A stretch of 40,327 bases of DNA from positions 1 to 40,327 of the forward strand of contig JBOGGP010000001.1 in the NCBI GenBank assembly GCA_050744105.1. Reading direction: 5' to 3'. This stretch comes from Acidimicrobiales bacterium. Its GTDB lineage: Bacteria > Actinomycetota > Acidimicrobiia > Acidimicrobiales > Palsa-688. The position numbers and the translations under genes are program-made. The notes beneath the pieces are model-generated. The model saw only the letters and a program-made list of their open reading frames with translations, had not been told where the DNA came from and searched no databases. Of the stretch, positions 40,188 through 40,327 are shown piece after piece (position 1 is the first letter of the stretch; the number at the start of each line of letters is the position of its first letter).

Positions 40188-40327
40188 GCGCTGGCAAGGG
40201 AGTTGTTGAGCGCCACTCGTTCTGAGCGCGGAGCGGCCTGAGGCGTCATCGGTTCTGATTGCAGCGTCGGTCGCGGGCTGGTCGGGGTTGCGGTGTGGGG
40301 GTGGGGCGGACAGCGTGTTGAGCGTCC

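Noticed and set aside
40188-40327. G-rich tract (ggtgtgggggtggggcgg) and short repeats gttgagcg at the right edge
   Set aside because: Too short and truncated by the window edge to interpret. No gene or RNA could be supported.

Overview
High-GC (roughly 70 percent, judged by eye) Actinomycetota-type chromosomal segment. About two thirds is housekeeping DNA, mostly on the minus strand, with Mycobacterium-like synteny. It carries argR-argF-argD-argB-argC (no argJ), pheT-pheS, an orphan PAS histidine kinase, a TrmH/TsnR-like methyltransferase, rplT-rpmI-infC, and hisG plus a small OB-fold gene. It also carries a long co-directional chain def-fmt-rsmB-mog-ribD-ribE-ribBA-ribH. Many neighbouring genes share GTGA/ATGA stop-start overlaps. 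The accessory DNA has four parts: a decayed collagen-like/FN3/beta-propeller gene region (13.6-15.3 kb); a visibly lower-GC patch with a trypsin-like protease and a secreted SH3b-CHAP hydrolase (23.6-26.3 kb); a polytopic membrane protein plus receiver-domain protein pair (26.4-28.9 kb); and a tightly coupled two-gene module (29.1-36.3 kb). That module pairs a very large N6-adenine DNA methyltransferase, split by one frameshift, with a PLD-nuclease/SNF2-helicase fusion. I consider it the best candidate for an undescribed defence system. The right end holds a copZ / P1B-ATPase / merR operon behind a textbook 19-bp-spacer CueR-type promoter, and a degraded hipBA locus. A recurring signal that gene calls do not explain is a set of short-period tandem repeat arrays (15, 18, 18, 20, 21 and 30 nt) sitting exactly on gene junctions. 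I recognised no rRNA, tRNA, CRISPR array, transposase or integrase.
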